DNA of 34,193 bases. It comes from an uncultured Bacteroidia bacterium. Its GTDB lineage: Bacteria; Bacteroidota; Bacteroidia; Bacteroidales; UBA932. The position numbers and the translations under genes were made by a program. Location: the NCBI GenBank assembly GCA_902767465.1, contig CACXHM010000061.1, positions 1-34,193 of the forward strand, given 5' to 3'. The notes beneath the pieces are model-generated. The model saw only the letters and a program-made list of their open reading frames with translations. It ran no database searches and was not told the origin of the DNA. This document shows positions 17,394 through 26,227 of the stretch, piece after piece (position 1 is the first letter of the stretch; every line of letters starts with the position of its first letter).

Positions 17394-19568
17394 TCATCTG
17401 CGCTTCCCGGAAACGGGAACCATGCCGGCAGATGCGGCGTTCAGGGCATTTCGCCTGTCGGCATACATTTTCATGAAGAATCCACCTACTACGGAGCGCC
17501 CGCGCATCACATGCGATTCGGGCGTTTCTGTTTCGACCCAATCGCTCATAGGACCAGGCAAAGTGGCATTGTTGTAGAAATCGTGCACAGGCAGCATGAA
17601 TTTACGGAAAGTGTCGATATCAGGAGCCATCGATGCTGTCCACATGATCCAGTCTGTCTTGGTGTAGCCCTTGCGGCTGTCGAGAGGAAGCCCGAACCTA
17701 TTCTGTTTCCCGGCATAGTATGAGAGTTCGGTTTCTATTACATTTTGCCCGAACAGGTCGAGACCCAGTATCTTGTCCCATACCAGATTATACTTCTGGC
17801 TCCAGGTTCCGCTCTGGTCGAAGGCCAGTTTGTAGTGGTCTTCTTCGAAGGCGGTTTCTTTCCAGATTGCCGCCATTCTCCTGGCAATTGCCATAAACGC
17901 ATTGGCCTCCTCGATCTTGCCCAGGCTGCGGGCCATCTTGGAATATGCGCCTACAGCCAGAATGGACTTGGCAGAAAGATTCACGTTATGCGCAAGCTTG
18001 CCCGCAAAATCGTCGGTACAGAGCTGGTTTTCAGGATTCTGGCCATTGCCGATGGCATAAAGGGCCCATTTGGTAAGTTCGGTCCAGTGCCTGCGCGCAT
18101 ATGAAGCCTCGGGATCCTGTTGCACGACGGCAGCCGTCATCAGAAGCATATTCCCGCATTCTTCAAGGGGCATCCAGTTGCCGTAGTGCTGGCCGTATGC
18201 GATTGGATAACGTCCCACGTCGTGGGGAGCCCATACATTGTTCCAGGCAGTGCTTTCCGCATATTCAAACACATGATTCAGCAGTCCCTTGGCGAGTTCA
18301 TTGTTATAATACAGGAACAGCGGGATAGACGGGTAAGATACATCTACCGTGCCTGCACAGCCATTCGAAAAATTTTCTTTGGAGATGAAGAAGATATCTC
18401 CGGACGGCCCCTCAAGGAGTTTATGGGCACTTACAGCCTGACGATAAGCGCTGGCGCAAAGGTCGGCGTATTCGGTACCGCCGCAAGCCTGGGCGTCGGA
18501 GAGCATGGACTGTTCGAAATCACGGCATCTGGCCATTATTTTATCCATATCCTTCGCCGCTCTGGACATCTCCCTGGTTATCTTGTTGTCCCCTTTCCGG
18601 TTCCAATAAGGACGGAGGTTCTGCTCCAGATACTTGATTGAATACACGTCATCGTAAGCAAGGAGCATTGTCAGGCTTTTGTCTTTCTTGAGTTTTCCCA
18701 GATCAGCCGAGTACGCGAGTACCACGTCCTGAGCCACATAATTATCGGAAGTAATGGTTTTCTGCTTTCCGAAAGTCTTGGTGTCCACTTTGCCCGAACG
18801 AGCGAAGAAACTGCGGGAAAGCTGTCCCTTGGTTACTGCGAGAGTGCCCTTGCCGTCGGCGGGGGCAAGATAGAAATAGCCCCAGTCGATGCGAAGGTCA
18901 TCCCCATGCCTTGAGAGATAATTCTGTTCCACGGTTCCGGTGCGGAGGTACTTGATTCCGTCGGCACTGCCGGTTTCGGCGATTATCGGAACGACGTTCA
19001 GATCTGTCGCTATCCGTGGAGATGCCTCCATGTATATTTCAACCGTGTGCTTGCGTCCGTCGGTAACTTCTACGTTGAAAGTGAGATAGTTGACAGGACG
19101 GGAAAGCAGATCCAGGTCGTCGGGCAACAGAGGTGCGGTAAACACCAGTTCTACCTTGACGGGACCGCATTCAAATCCATATATGCTTCTTGTAGGAAGC
19201 AGATTTGAATACAACTGCACGGCAGCCGTGGAGAATGTTTCCGGCACCTCAACGTTATAATAAGGATCGGGCTTATTCTTGTCGCTGCCCTCTGGCACGC
19301 CTGCTATTGCATTCTCTTTTCCAAGCACCCTGTAAACCTTCCCGTCCACACGGACAGCTGCAAGCAGAGGCTGTTTGCGTCCGCTCCAGTGACGTGTGAC
19401 ATCGCCGTTCAGATCGTGTCCGAAAGACCATATTGAAAAATATGGATCTACGCTCACAAGGGGCGTAGCAGTATTATTCAGGCTGTTCTGGTAAGAAAAG
19501 CCGGTATCAGCAGCCCTCGAACCGAGTGCAAAGGTCAGAAAGGTTAGAATCAGGAGATGTTTTTTCAT
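17394..19568 (-). CDS. DUF4964/DUF5127/DUF4965/DUF1793 'glutaminase A-like' six-hairpin protein
   Basis: Start MKKHLL at 19568 overlaps the GH29 stop (ATGA); PLVSVDPYFSIWS, LLSRPVNY, RIDWGYFYL, FISKENFSNGC..TVDVSYPS, PHDVGRYP, MPLEECGNM, QLCTDDFAG, WSQKYNLVWD, YTKTDW, RSVVGG. Confidence 0.88.
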   Translation of the reverse strand: MKKHLLILTFLTFALGSRAADTGFSYQNSLNNTATPLVSVDPYFSIWSFGHDLNGDVTRHWSGRKQPLLAAVRVDGKVYRVLGKENAIAGVPEGSDKNKPDPYYNVEVPETFSTAAVQLYSNLLPTRSIYGFECGPVKVELVFTAPLLPDDLDLLSRPVNYLTFNVEVTDGRKHTVEIYMEASPRIATDLNVVPIIAETGSADGIKYLRTGTVEQNYLSRHGDDLRIDWGYFYLAPADGKGTLAVTKGQLSRSFFARSGKVDTKTFGKQKTITSDNYVAQDVVLAYSADLGKLKKDKSLTMLLAYDDVYSIKYLEQNLRPYWNRKGDNKITREMSRAAKDMDKIMARCRDFEQSMLSDAQACGGTEYADLCASAYRQAVSAHKLLEGPSGDIFFISKENFSNGCAGTVDVSYPSIPLFLYYNNELAKGLLNHVFEYAESTAWNNVWAPHDVGRYPIAYGQHYGNWMPLEECGNMLLMTAAVVQQDPEASYARRHWTELTKWALYAIGNGQNPENQLCTDDFAGKLAHNVNLSAKSILAVGAYSKMARSLGKIEEANAFMAIARRMAAIWKETAFEEDHYKLAFDQSGTWSQKYNLVWDKILGLDLFGQNVIETELSYYAGKQNRFGLPLDSRKGYTKTDWIMWTASMAPDIDTFRKFMLPVHDFYNNATLPGPMSDWVETETPESHVMRGRSVVGGFFMKMYADRRNALNAASAGMVPVSGKRR

Positions 19569-20908
19569 AAAATGACTTCTATAATATAATCTGTCGAGCA
19601 ATCGGGATCGGATGGCAGATTCACCGTAAAGGAATCCTTGCCCTTCTTGAATTTAAGCGGTGTTCCGGATGCGAACTCACTCACTTTTTTGGCCTTGATC
19701 TTGAAAGGTAAGGTAATAGTTCCCTCGGCAGGAGCTTCGAGCACATGCAGGAAGATTTTACCTTCTTTATGTGTCACGACGCCCCAGTTCTGGGGCTTCA
19801 GCATGGTAGCACGGGTACCATAGATAGATTCACCATTTTTGGAAAGCCAATCGCCGATTCCTGCAAGGCGTTCCACGCTCTCTTCAGGAATGGTGCCGTC
19901 GGGACGGGGACCTACATTCAGCAAAAGATTCGCATTGCGTCCGGCAATATTTACAAGGATACGGACCAGTTCAGGGACACTTTTCCAGTTGGTATCAGCA
20001 ATCTCATATCCCCAACCCTTATTGATCGTCTTGCAGGTCTCCAGCGCCAACTCATCGCTGACATGACTGGTACGGCTGTATCCGGCAGAGTTCTCTCCGG
20101 GGATGTCGCGTTCGAACACCTGGATATCTTCCCCTGGAATCGGTACACGATGATGGTTGTTAGCCACCAGGCAGGAGGGCTGCAGGGAGTGGATGAGTCT
20201 GTATATCCTCTCATAACCCCAGTCGAAATCCACCACCAGCGGACTTCCATCCTTGGGTTTTTGGATTTTTGCCCAGTCTCCGTCGAACCAGATGCAGCCT
20301 ACGGGGCCGTAGTTGGTAAGCAGTTCCGTTATCTGGGCGCACATGAAATCGAGATACTTCGCATACAGTTCCCGCTCTTTGGCTGTGTGGGCGATGGCAG
20401 GATCGCGCGGATAATCGTCGCGGCCCCAGTCAAGCAGGGAATAATAGAAATTAAGTGTAATTCCTTCCTTATGGCATGCATCAGCAAGTTCTTTAAGGAC
20501 ATCGCGCTTGAACGGCGTGGCGTCGATAATGTCGTAGTCAGAAGCCTTTGTGTCGAACATCGAGAAACCGTCATGATGGCGGGAGGTAATGGTAATGTAT
20601 TTCGCTCCGGAAGCCTTGATCTGCCGTACCCATTGTCCTGCATCGAAACGAGAAGGGAAGAAACCTCCGGCGAATCTGGAATACTCATCGTAAGGCAGCT
20701 TTTCATTATACATGACCCACTCTCCGCGAGCCATCATGGAGTAGATGCCCCAATGTATGAACACCCCGAATTTATCGTCGCGGAACTGTTCTTTGGCGGC
20801 AAAGGTTTCGGCAGAAGGCGTATAACCCTGAATACCTTCTTTGATATCTGAAGACGCAGAAAAACTGTTCAGCGCCATAAAAAGGGTTACAAGAATCGAA
20901 CAGAACAT
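19565..20908 (-). CDS. GH29 alpha-L-fucosidase
   Basis: KFGVFIHWGIYS, SRHHDGFSMFDT, YYSLLDW, IWFDG (nucleophile), ETCKTINKGWGY, NLLLNVGP..DG. Confidence 0.95.
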   Translation of the reverse strand: MFCSILVTLFMALNSFSASSDIKEGIQGYTPSAETFAAKEQFRDDKFGVFIHWGIYSMMARGEWVMYNEKLPYDEYSRFAGGFFPSRFDAGQWVRQIKASGAKYITITSRHHDGFSMFDTKASDYDIIDATPFKRDVLKELADACHKEGITLNFYYSLLDWGRDDYPRDPAIAHTAKERELYAKYLDFMCAQITELLTNYGPVGCIWFDGDWAKIQKPKDGSPLVVDFDWGYERIYRLIHSLQPSCLVANNHHRVPIPGEDIQVFERDIPGENSAGYSRTSHVSDELALETCKTINKGWGYEIADTNWKSVPELVRILVNIAGRNANLLLNVGPRPDGTIPEESVERLAGIGDWLSKNGESIYGTRATMLKPQNWGVVTHKEGKIFLHVLEAPAEGTITLPFKIKAKKVSEFASGTPLKFKKGKDSFTVNLPSDPDCSTDYIIEVIL

Positions 20909-20920
20909 GTCGTTATCGTT

Positions 20921-23671
20921 TTATTTCTTTGTAAGGATAAACCCCGGATCATCCTTGGAGTCGGTATTGCACTGCCAGATGACATCATATCCTGAGGCAG
21001 TATTGACCGTTGCATAATCACTTGCCGAAGGGTTGGCGCTTTTGCAGGCGCAGAAGGCAAGACCAAGGATGTCTTTGCCATCGCATTTCTGCCAATCCTC
21101 CCGGCCATAATGCATCGAAGTCAAAGAATTGGGGACAAACCAAAGCCAACCTTTGTTAGTACCGCCGTTAAAAGGTACAGGGCAGAAGTTGTATGAAGTC
21201 CACGCATTTCCAAGTTCAGGAAGCAGGGTCATATACCCGTATCCGGATTTACCGGTATTCACCGCCTGCGCGTTCTCTCCGTCAAAGAAGAATCCCAGAC
21301 GCAGAGTCCTGGAATCATATTCGATAATCACTGCAGCCTCGGCCACATAGGTGTTTATGAGTCCGCTGACGGCCAGGTTGTTCGTGACAGACACGCCGGA
21401 ATACTGGGCAGTCTGTCCACTTTTGACCGTGAAGGTCAGATCCTTTGTGAAAGAATTACTTGCCGAAATGCCAAGGTTTGTGTTCGGGGCGAATGTCTTT
21501 CCGGTAAAAGACCATGTGCCGGCAAAATCTTTCACCTCCAGCTGAGACAACTCGTAGGTGCTGCCGTCAGGTAATTCGAGCGATGCGCTTCTCGGCCTGC
21601 CGGTGTCGTTCGCGGTCCATGACACAGTTCCGTCGGCATAACTGAGCCAGCCCGACGAAACACTGCCGCTGCCACCTTCATGAGCAGCACTGCCTGCAGT
21701 ATCGGCAGTCCATTTCGAAACATGTCCTGAAGATGCGCCGATCTCGAAGTCCTTGGTGAGAGGAGCGCTGGCAGCACCCCAGGAATCATAAGCAATGACT
21801 GAAACAGTATATGATCCTTCCGCCAAAGAGGCAAAAGTGCATTCCCACTCGTTTTTCATCTGTGAAGGCTGGGGACAACGGTAGAAATCAGACATGTAAT
21901 TCTTGGTTGCCACGGTTGCAAACCCGTTCCGGACCGAAATACCATAGTGGTGAACGAACTCGTCATCGGTACCGGCGGCGAATCTGACCGTAACATCAGC
22001 CTTGCCGGAAGTGATTGTGCCCACGGTAACATCCACAGTTGAGAGAGACGGAGCCGTATTTGCGGCCCTAAGGGCAGCATGGTCATATTTCTCCAGATGC
22101 TTTTTGGTATTTGTAGGGAAAGAAGTCTCCCAGGCGGTGCCGATTACAGCCTGACGGGTGAAATCCAGACGCGTGATCCGCATATTGCCGTTCGCATCAA
22201 ACTGAACCAGATGTCCCGAAGACACGTCGCCGGCATCGTTGAGCACGGTGTTGCCACTCTTGTTTTCATAGTCTCCCCCTTCGAATGCCATATAACTGGT
22301 GGAACCGCAGCCCACAGAGGTAAAATCGCCCTGCCAGATACTGCGCGGATCGTTGATGGGGAAATGCAGATGACCGCTGAAGGTAACCACCTGCGGGTAT
22401 GCAGAAAGGATATCGGTGAGGGCGGAAGTATACCAGTATGTACCGAGATCGCTGCCATACACAGTGTTGTAAATCATGGGATGGGTAATGAGCAGCACAT
22501 AACGCTGCGGATCCGCTTCGGTGATGGTTTTGAGAGTATTGTTCAGCCAGATGGTGGCATTTGCGTCATAGATGACCGGGTTGCTTCCGTTGGGGGTGAT
22601 GCATAGAATGTGGTAATCTCCTACTATGCAGTGCCTGCACTCGAAATTGGTGCGCATTGTCTGGTCCTGGTCGGTAAGGAAATAATTGTCTCCAAGAATA
22701 CTGTGGAAAACGGCATTGCTGCTTACAGTATTGGTACTCCAGACATAGCTCGAATTCATATCATGATTGCCGATAGTATAAATCATAGGTACTTTCACCG
22801 GGTCGAAAACCTGCTCATAACGGGTCTTGAACGTATAAATCTGCCCGGTATTTACGGTATTCACCAGATCCCCTGCTACAATAACGGCATCCAGGCCGTC
22901 GGCATCATGAAGCGCAGCCTGTGTCTTCAACATCTTAAGAGCATTTGTAAACTTGTCCTCGGATCCGTACTGGTTTCCGATATGGGTGTCGCTGATGGCT
23001 CCGAGCGAAAGCACCACTGCGTTTTCATCGAATTCGTTCGTTTCTGCAACACTCAGGACCGGGATGGTGAGAACGCGTCCGTCTCCAAGTGTGATCACGA
23101 GGTTGCCGTCTTTCAACGCCACGCTGCGGAACATGGAAGCGAGAGTGCTGTCCACCGCCTTGCCGAGCTTGACCCAGCCTTCGCTTTCGCTATATTTCAC
23201 ATACCAGTAATCATCCTCTACCTTGAACTGCGGGGTCGCCCCGGTCTCGCCCTTGGGGCCGACGGCACTTACAGGTTTGCCGGAAGCATCCTTCAGCACC
23301 TCTCCGTCCACTGTCCAGCAAAGCACACCGTCCACCAGGGTGACGCCCACCCTCGGTGCAAAGGAATCCCTGTCCACAAATATATTCACCGTTCCGCTTT
23401 TGCGGAAGGTAATTTCCCAGCCGGCCTTCCCGTCCACGACTATGGAACGTATGCCTGTCACCACATCCTCATCCTGGATGGCCTGGAGGGTGGTCCGGAG
23501 CGCATTGACATCGGAATTGAGGTCTGCGGCATCTTTTTCAAGTTTGTCGACCCTCTCCTTGAGGGAGTTGATTTCGTCCCAGAGGGCGCTGTCATCGTAT
23601 TCAGAACAGGCCGCAACGCTTGCAATAGCCGCCCCGGCCAAAAGAAACAAAACAAAAAAACGCTTTAGCAT
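20921..23671 (-). CDS. Lipoprotein with DUF4988 (PL29 N-terminal-type) stalk, calcineurin-like metallophosphoesterase and C-terminal beta domains
   Basis: VAACSEYDDSALWDEINSLKERVDKLE...GPKGETGATPQFKVEDDYWYV; all five metallophosphoesterase motifs ISDTH, AGDLVN, IGNHD, ITHP, SGHLH. Confidence 0.88.
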   Translation of the reverse strand: MLKRFFVLFLLAGAAIASVAACSEYDDSALWDEINSLKERVDKLEKDAADLNSDVNALRTTLQAIQDEDVVTGIRSIVVDGKAGWEITFRKSGTVNIFVDRDSFAPRVGVTLVDGVLCWTVDGEVLKDASGKPVSAVGPKGETGATPQFKVEDDYWYVKYSESEGWVKLGKAVDSTLASMFRSVALKDGNLVITLGDGRVLTIPVLSVAETNEFDENAVVLSLGAISDTHIGNQYGSEDKFTNALKMLKTQAALHDADGLDAVIVAGDLVNTVNTGQIYTFKTRYEQVFDPVKVPMIYTIGNHDMNSSYVWSTNTVSSNAVFHSILGDNYFLTDQDQTMRTNFECRHCIVGDYHILCITPNGSNPVIYDANATIWLNNTLKTITEADPQRYVLLITHPMIYNTVYGSDLGTYWYTSALTDILSAYPQVVTFSGHLHFPINDPRSIWQGDFTSVGCGSTSYMAFEGGDYENKSGNTVLNDAGDVSSGHLVQFDANGNMRITRLDFTRQAVIGTAWETSFPTNTKKHLEKYDHAALRAANTAPSLSTVDVTVGTITSGKADVTVRFAAGTDDEFVHHYGISVRNGFATVATKNYMSDFYRCPQPSQMKNEWECTFASLAEGSYTVSVIAYDSWGAASAPLTKDFEIGASSGHVSKWTADTAGSAAHEGGSGSVSSGWLSYADGTVSWTANDTGRPRSASLELPDGSTYELSQLEVKDFAGTWSFTGKTFAPNTNLGISASNSFTKDLTFTVKSGQTAQYSGVSVTNNLAVSGLINTYVAEAAVIIEYDSRTLRLGFFFDGENAQAVNTGKSGYGYMTLLPELGNAWTSYNFCPVPFNGGTNKGWLWFVPNSLTSMHYGREDWQKCDGKDILGLAFCACKSANPSASDYATVNTASGYDVIWQCNTDSKDDPGFILTKK

Positions 23672-23693
23672 TACAAATAATTATATGAACCCC

Positions 23694-23730
23694 TAAAGGT
23701 AGGAATAATTTTTATTTTTCCGTATATTTG
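23694..23730. promoter_or_regulatory. Back-to-back divergent -7 promoter elements
   Basis: Plus TATATTTG at 23723-23730 (4 nt before ATG 23735); minus TACCTTTA variant at 23701-23694 (22 nt before ATG 23671). Confidence 0.55.
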
Positions 23731-23734
23731 AAAC

Positions 23735-26050
23735 ATGAATAAACTGATAGCCACATTGGCCGGCGTCCTGCTTTCAGCCGGCCCCCTCTCTTCCCAGAAC
23801 GCCCGATACGTCGATCCATTTATCGGCACCGCGGGCATGGGACACTGCTTCCCCGGGGCCTGCGTTCCCTTCGGAGGGGTGCAGCTCTCCCCCGACACTG
23901 ACACCATCCCTCACAACGTCAATGGGAAATACCAGCCACGCACCTATGACTATTGTGCAGGCTACCAGTATGACGACCCCACCATCGTGGGATTCAGCCA
24001 CACGCATTTCAGCGGCACCGGACATTCCGACCTTGGCGACATACTGCTGATGCCGGGCACCGGAAAAATTCAGCTGACCCCCGGCACGGCATCCGACCCC
24101 GACAGCGGGTACCGGTCCCGATTCAGCCATGACAGCGAAAGCGCTTCTGCCGGGTACTACCGCGCTACCCTCGCCGACAGCGGCGTCAAGGCAGAACTCA
24201 CCGCCACCGCACGCACAGGAGTGCACCGTTACACCTGGCCCGAAGGAACAAAGGATGCGCACCTGGTCCTGGATCTTGACCACGGCATCTACAACTACGA
24301 CGGCAAGACTCTCTGGGCCGAAGTCCGTGTTCACAATGACACCCTCATCACGGGCTACCGCATTACCAACGGCTGGGCCCGAACCAACTACACCTACTTC
24401 GCCATCAGTTTCTCGAAGCCGGTGGTGGAATACGGTTACAAAGACAAGGCGCCCATACGCTATAAGGGAGGCTATTCCAAGTTCCCCCAATACCACAATT
24501 TCCCGGAGATGTCCGGCCGGAAACTGGTTGCATGGTTCCGCTTCGGAAAAGTGCCTGGACCCGTCACCGTAAAAGTTGCCCTGTCTGCAACCGGCACAAC
24601 GGGAGCCCTGCGGAACCTCGAGGCCGAGGCTTCCGGCAGGAGTTTCGAAGATATCCGCTCGGCAGCCGAGGCAGAATGGGAGAAGGAGCTGGGCTGTATC
24701 AGCATTCAGGGCAGCGAGGCCGAGAAGAAGATGTTCTACACATCCCTCTACCACACCATGATCAACCCTTCCATATACATGGATGTGGACGGGCTTTATC
24801 GCGGACTCGACCATGAACTTCACAAGGCGGAAGGATTCACGAACTATACGGTGTTCTCTCTTTGGGACACATATCGCGCAGAACACCCCTTCCTCGCACT
24901 CATGAAACCGGAACGGAATAGAGACATGGCGGTCTCGATGCTCAAGCACTATGAGCAAAGTCCTCATGGCATGCTTCCAATCTGGAGCCACATGGCCAAC
25001 GAAAACTGGTGCATGACAGGATACCACTCGGTTTCGGTCCTCGCGGATGCAATAGCAAAAGGCTTGGACATCAATGCTCAAGAAGCACTCGAAGCGATGG
25101 TTTCCACCTCAACCGTCCCATGGTATTCGGGACTCGGCGAATATATGAAACTCGGATATGTTCCCGCCGGCAAGACCTCCACTTCGGCAAGCAATACCCT
25201 CGAATATTCCTATGATGACTGGACCATCGCCGCGACAGCGCAGAGGCTGGGTAACACCGAAGTGGCTAAGCTCTATCTTCAAAGGGCGGAATACTGGCGA
25301 AACATCTTCGACCCGGAGCTCGGTCTCGCCAGGCCGCGTAATGCCGACGGCAGTTTCAAGCCCGATTTTGACATCAAGCAGACCATGGGGCAGGGCTTCA
25401 TCGAAGGCAATTCGCTCAACTATTCATTCCACGTGCCGCACGACGTGAAAGGGCTCATGCAAGTGATGGGAGGAGACAGGAAATTCATCTCCAATCTCGA
25501 TGAGCTTTTCGGAAGCGACCTCCCGGAATATTGCTACGCCGACAACGAAGATATAACCGCAGAGTGCCTTCTGGGAGGATACGTCCATGGCAACGAGCCC
25601 AGCCACCATATCCCCTACCTGTATGCCTGGACTTCGCAGCCCTGGAAAACACAGTACTGGCTGCGGGAGATAATCGACCGGTTCTACCGTCCGGAAATCC
25701 GCGGGCTTGGAGGAAACGATGACTGCGGACAGATGAGCGCATGGTACATCTTCTCCGTACTCGGTTTCTATCCCGTCTGCCCCGGCACCGATCAGTACGT
25801 GCTTGGAGCCCCTTATCTGCCCTATGCAAAGTTGCAGCTTCCCGGCGGACGGACCCTTGAAATCAAGGCTCCGGCAGTGAGCGACAGCAAACGCTATGTA
25901 AAGTCGGTACGTCTCAACGGAAAGCCGGTCACGAAACTGTATCTGACCCATTCGCAGATCCTCGAAGGAGGCACACTTGAATTCGTCATGAGCAGCCGTC
26001 CCGAAAAACGTCGCGGCATTTCGCCGGACAGCAAGCCATATTCTTTATAA
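23735..26050 (+). CDS. GH92 alpha-mannosidase (alpha-1,2 type likely)
   Basis: YVDPFIGT, FPGACVPFG, GFSHTHFSGTG, FSLWDTYRA, FIEGN, HGNEPSHH, GNDDCGQMSAW. Confidence 0.96.
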   Translation: MNKLIATLAGVLLSAGPLSSQNARYVDPFIGTAGMGHCFPGACVPFGGVQLSPDTDTIPHNVNGKYQPRTYDYCAGYQYDDPTIVGFSHTHFSGTGHSDLGDILLMPGTGKIQLTPGTASDPDSGYRSRFSHDSESASAGYYRATLADSGVKAELTATARTGVHRYTWPEGTKDAHLVLDLDHGIYNYDGKTLWAEVRVHNDTLITGYRITNGWARTNYTYFAISFSKPVVEYGYKDKAPIRYKGGYSKFPQYHNFPEMSGRKLVAWFRFGKVPGPVTVKVALSATGTTGALRNLEAEASGRSFEDIRSAAEAEWEKELGCISIQGSEAEKKMFYTSLYHTMINPSIYMDVDGLYRGLDHELHKAEGFTNYTVFSLWDTYRAEHPFLALMKPERNRDMAVSMLKHYEQSPHGMLPIWSHMANENWCMTGYHSVSVLADAIAKGLDINAQEALEAMVSTSTVPWYSGLGEYMKLGYVPAGKTSTSASNTLEYSYDDWTIAATAQRLGNTEVAKLYLQRAEYWRNIFDPELGLARPRNADGSFKPDFDIKQTMGQGFIEGNSLNYSFHVPHDVKGLMQVMGGDRKFISNLDELFGSDLPEYCYADNEDITAECLLGGYVHGNEPSHHIPYLYAWTSQPWKTQYWLREIIDRFYRPEIRGLGGNDDCGQMSAWYIFSVLGFYPVCPGTDQYVLGAPYLPYAKLQLPGGRTLEIKAPAVSDSKRYVKSVRLNGKPVTKLYLTHSQILEGGTLEFVMSSRPEKRRGISPDSKPYSL

Positions 26051-26085
26051 GTCATTATAAATAAGGATATTTTATCCTGACCAAC

Positions 26086-26119
26086 AGTGCCCTAAAAAGT
26101 GTTCACTTTTTAGGGCACT
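26086..26119. repeat. Perfect inverted repeat, 16-bp arms with 2-nt spacer; candidate operator or RNA hairpin
   Basis: AGTGCCCTAAAAAGTG-TT-CACTTTTTAGGGCACT read directly; function not established. Confidence 0.9.
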
Positions 26120-26161
26120 ATCGTGTCATGGCTTTTATAGGCACCAACGGGTTCTTGTTTC

Positions 26162-26169
26162 TATCTTTG
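26162..26169 (+). promoter_or_regulatory. -7 promoter element for second susC
   Basis: TATCTTTG (TAnnTTTG), 58 nt before the ATG at 26228; no consensus -33. Confidence 0.6.
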
Positions 26170-26227
26170 ATTCAATCGAAGCGCAGAAAACAAGCGTTGA
26201 TGACTATACCACTTAATTATTTTATTT

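Noticed and set aside
19569-19601. N-terminal extension of the DUF4965 ORF
   Set aside because: Overlaps the GH29 3' end; MKKHLL at 19568 gives a normal signal peptide and ATGA coupling.
26086-26119. Palindrome as CRISPR repeat, IS end or invertible-promoter repeat
   Set aside because: Single copy with no spacers, cas, transposase or recombinase gene; the arms are only 2 nt apart and do not flank the promoter.
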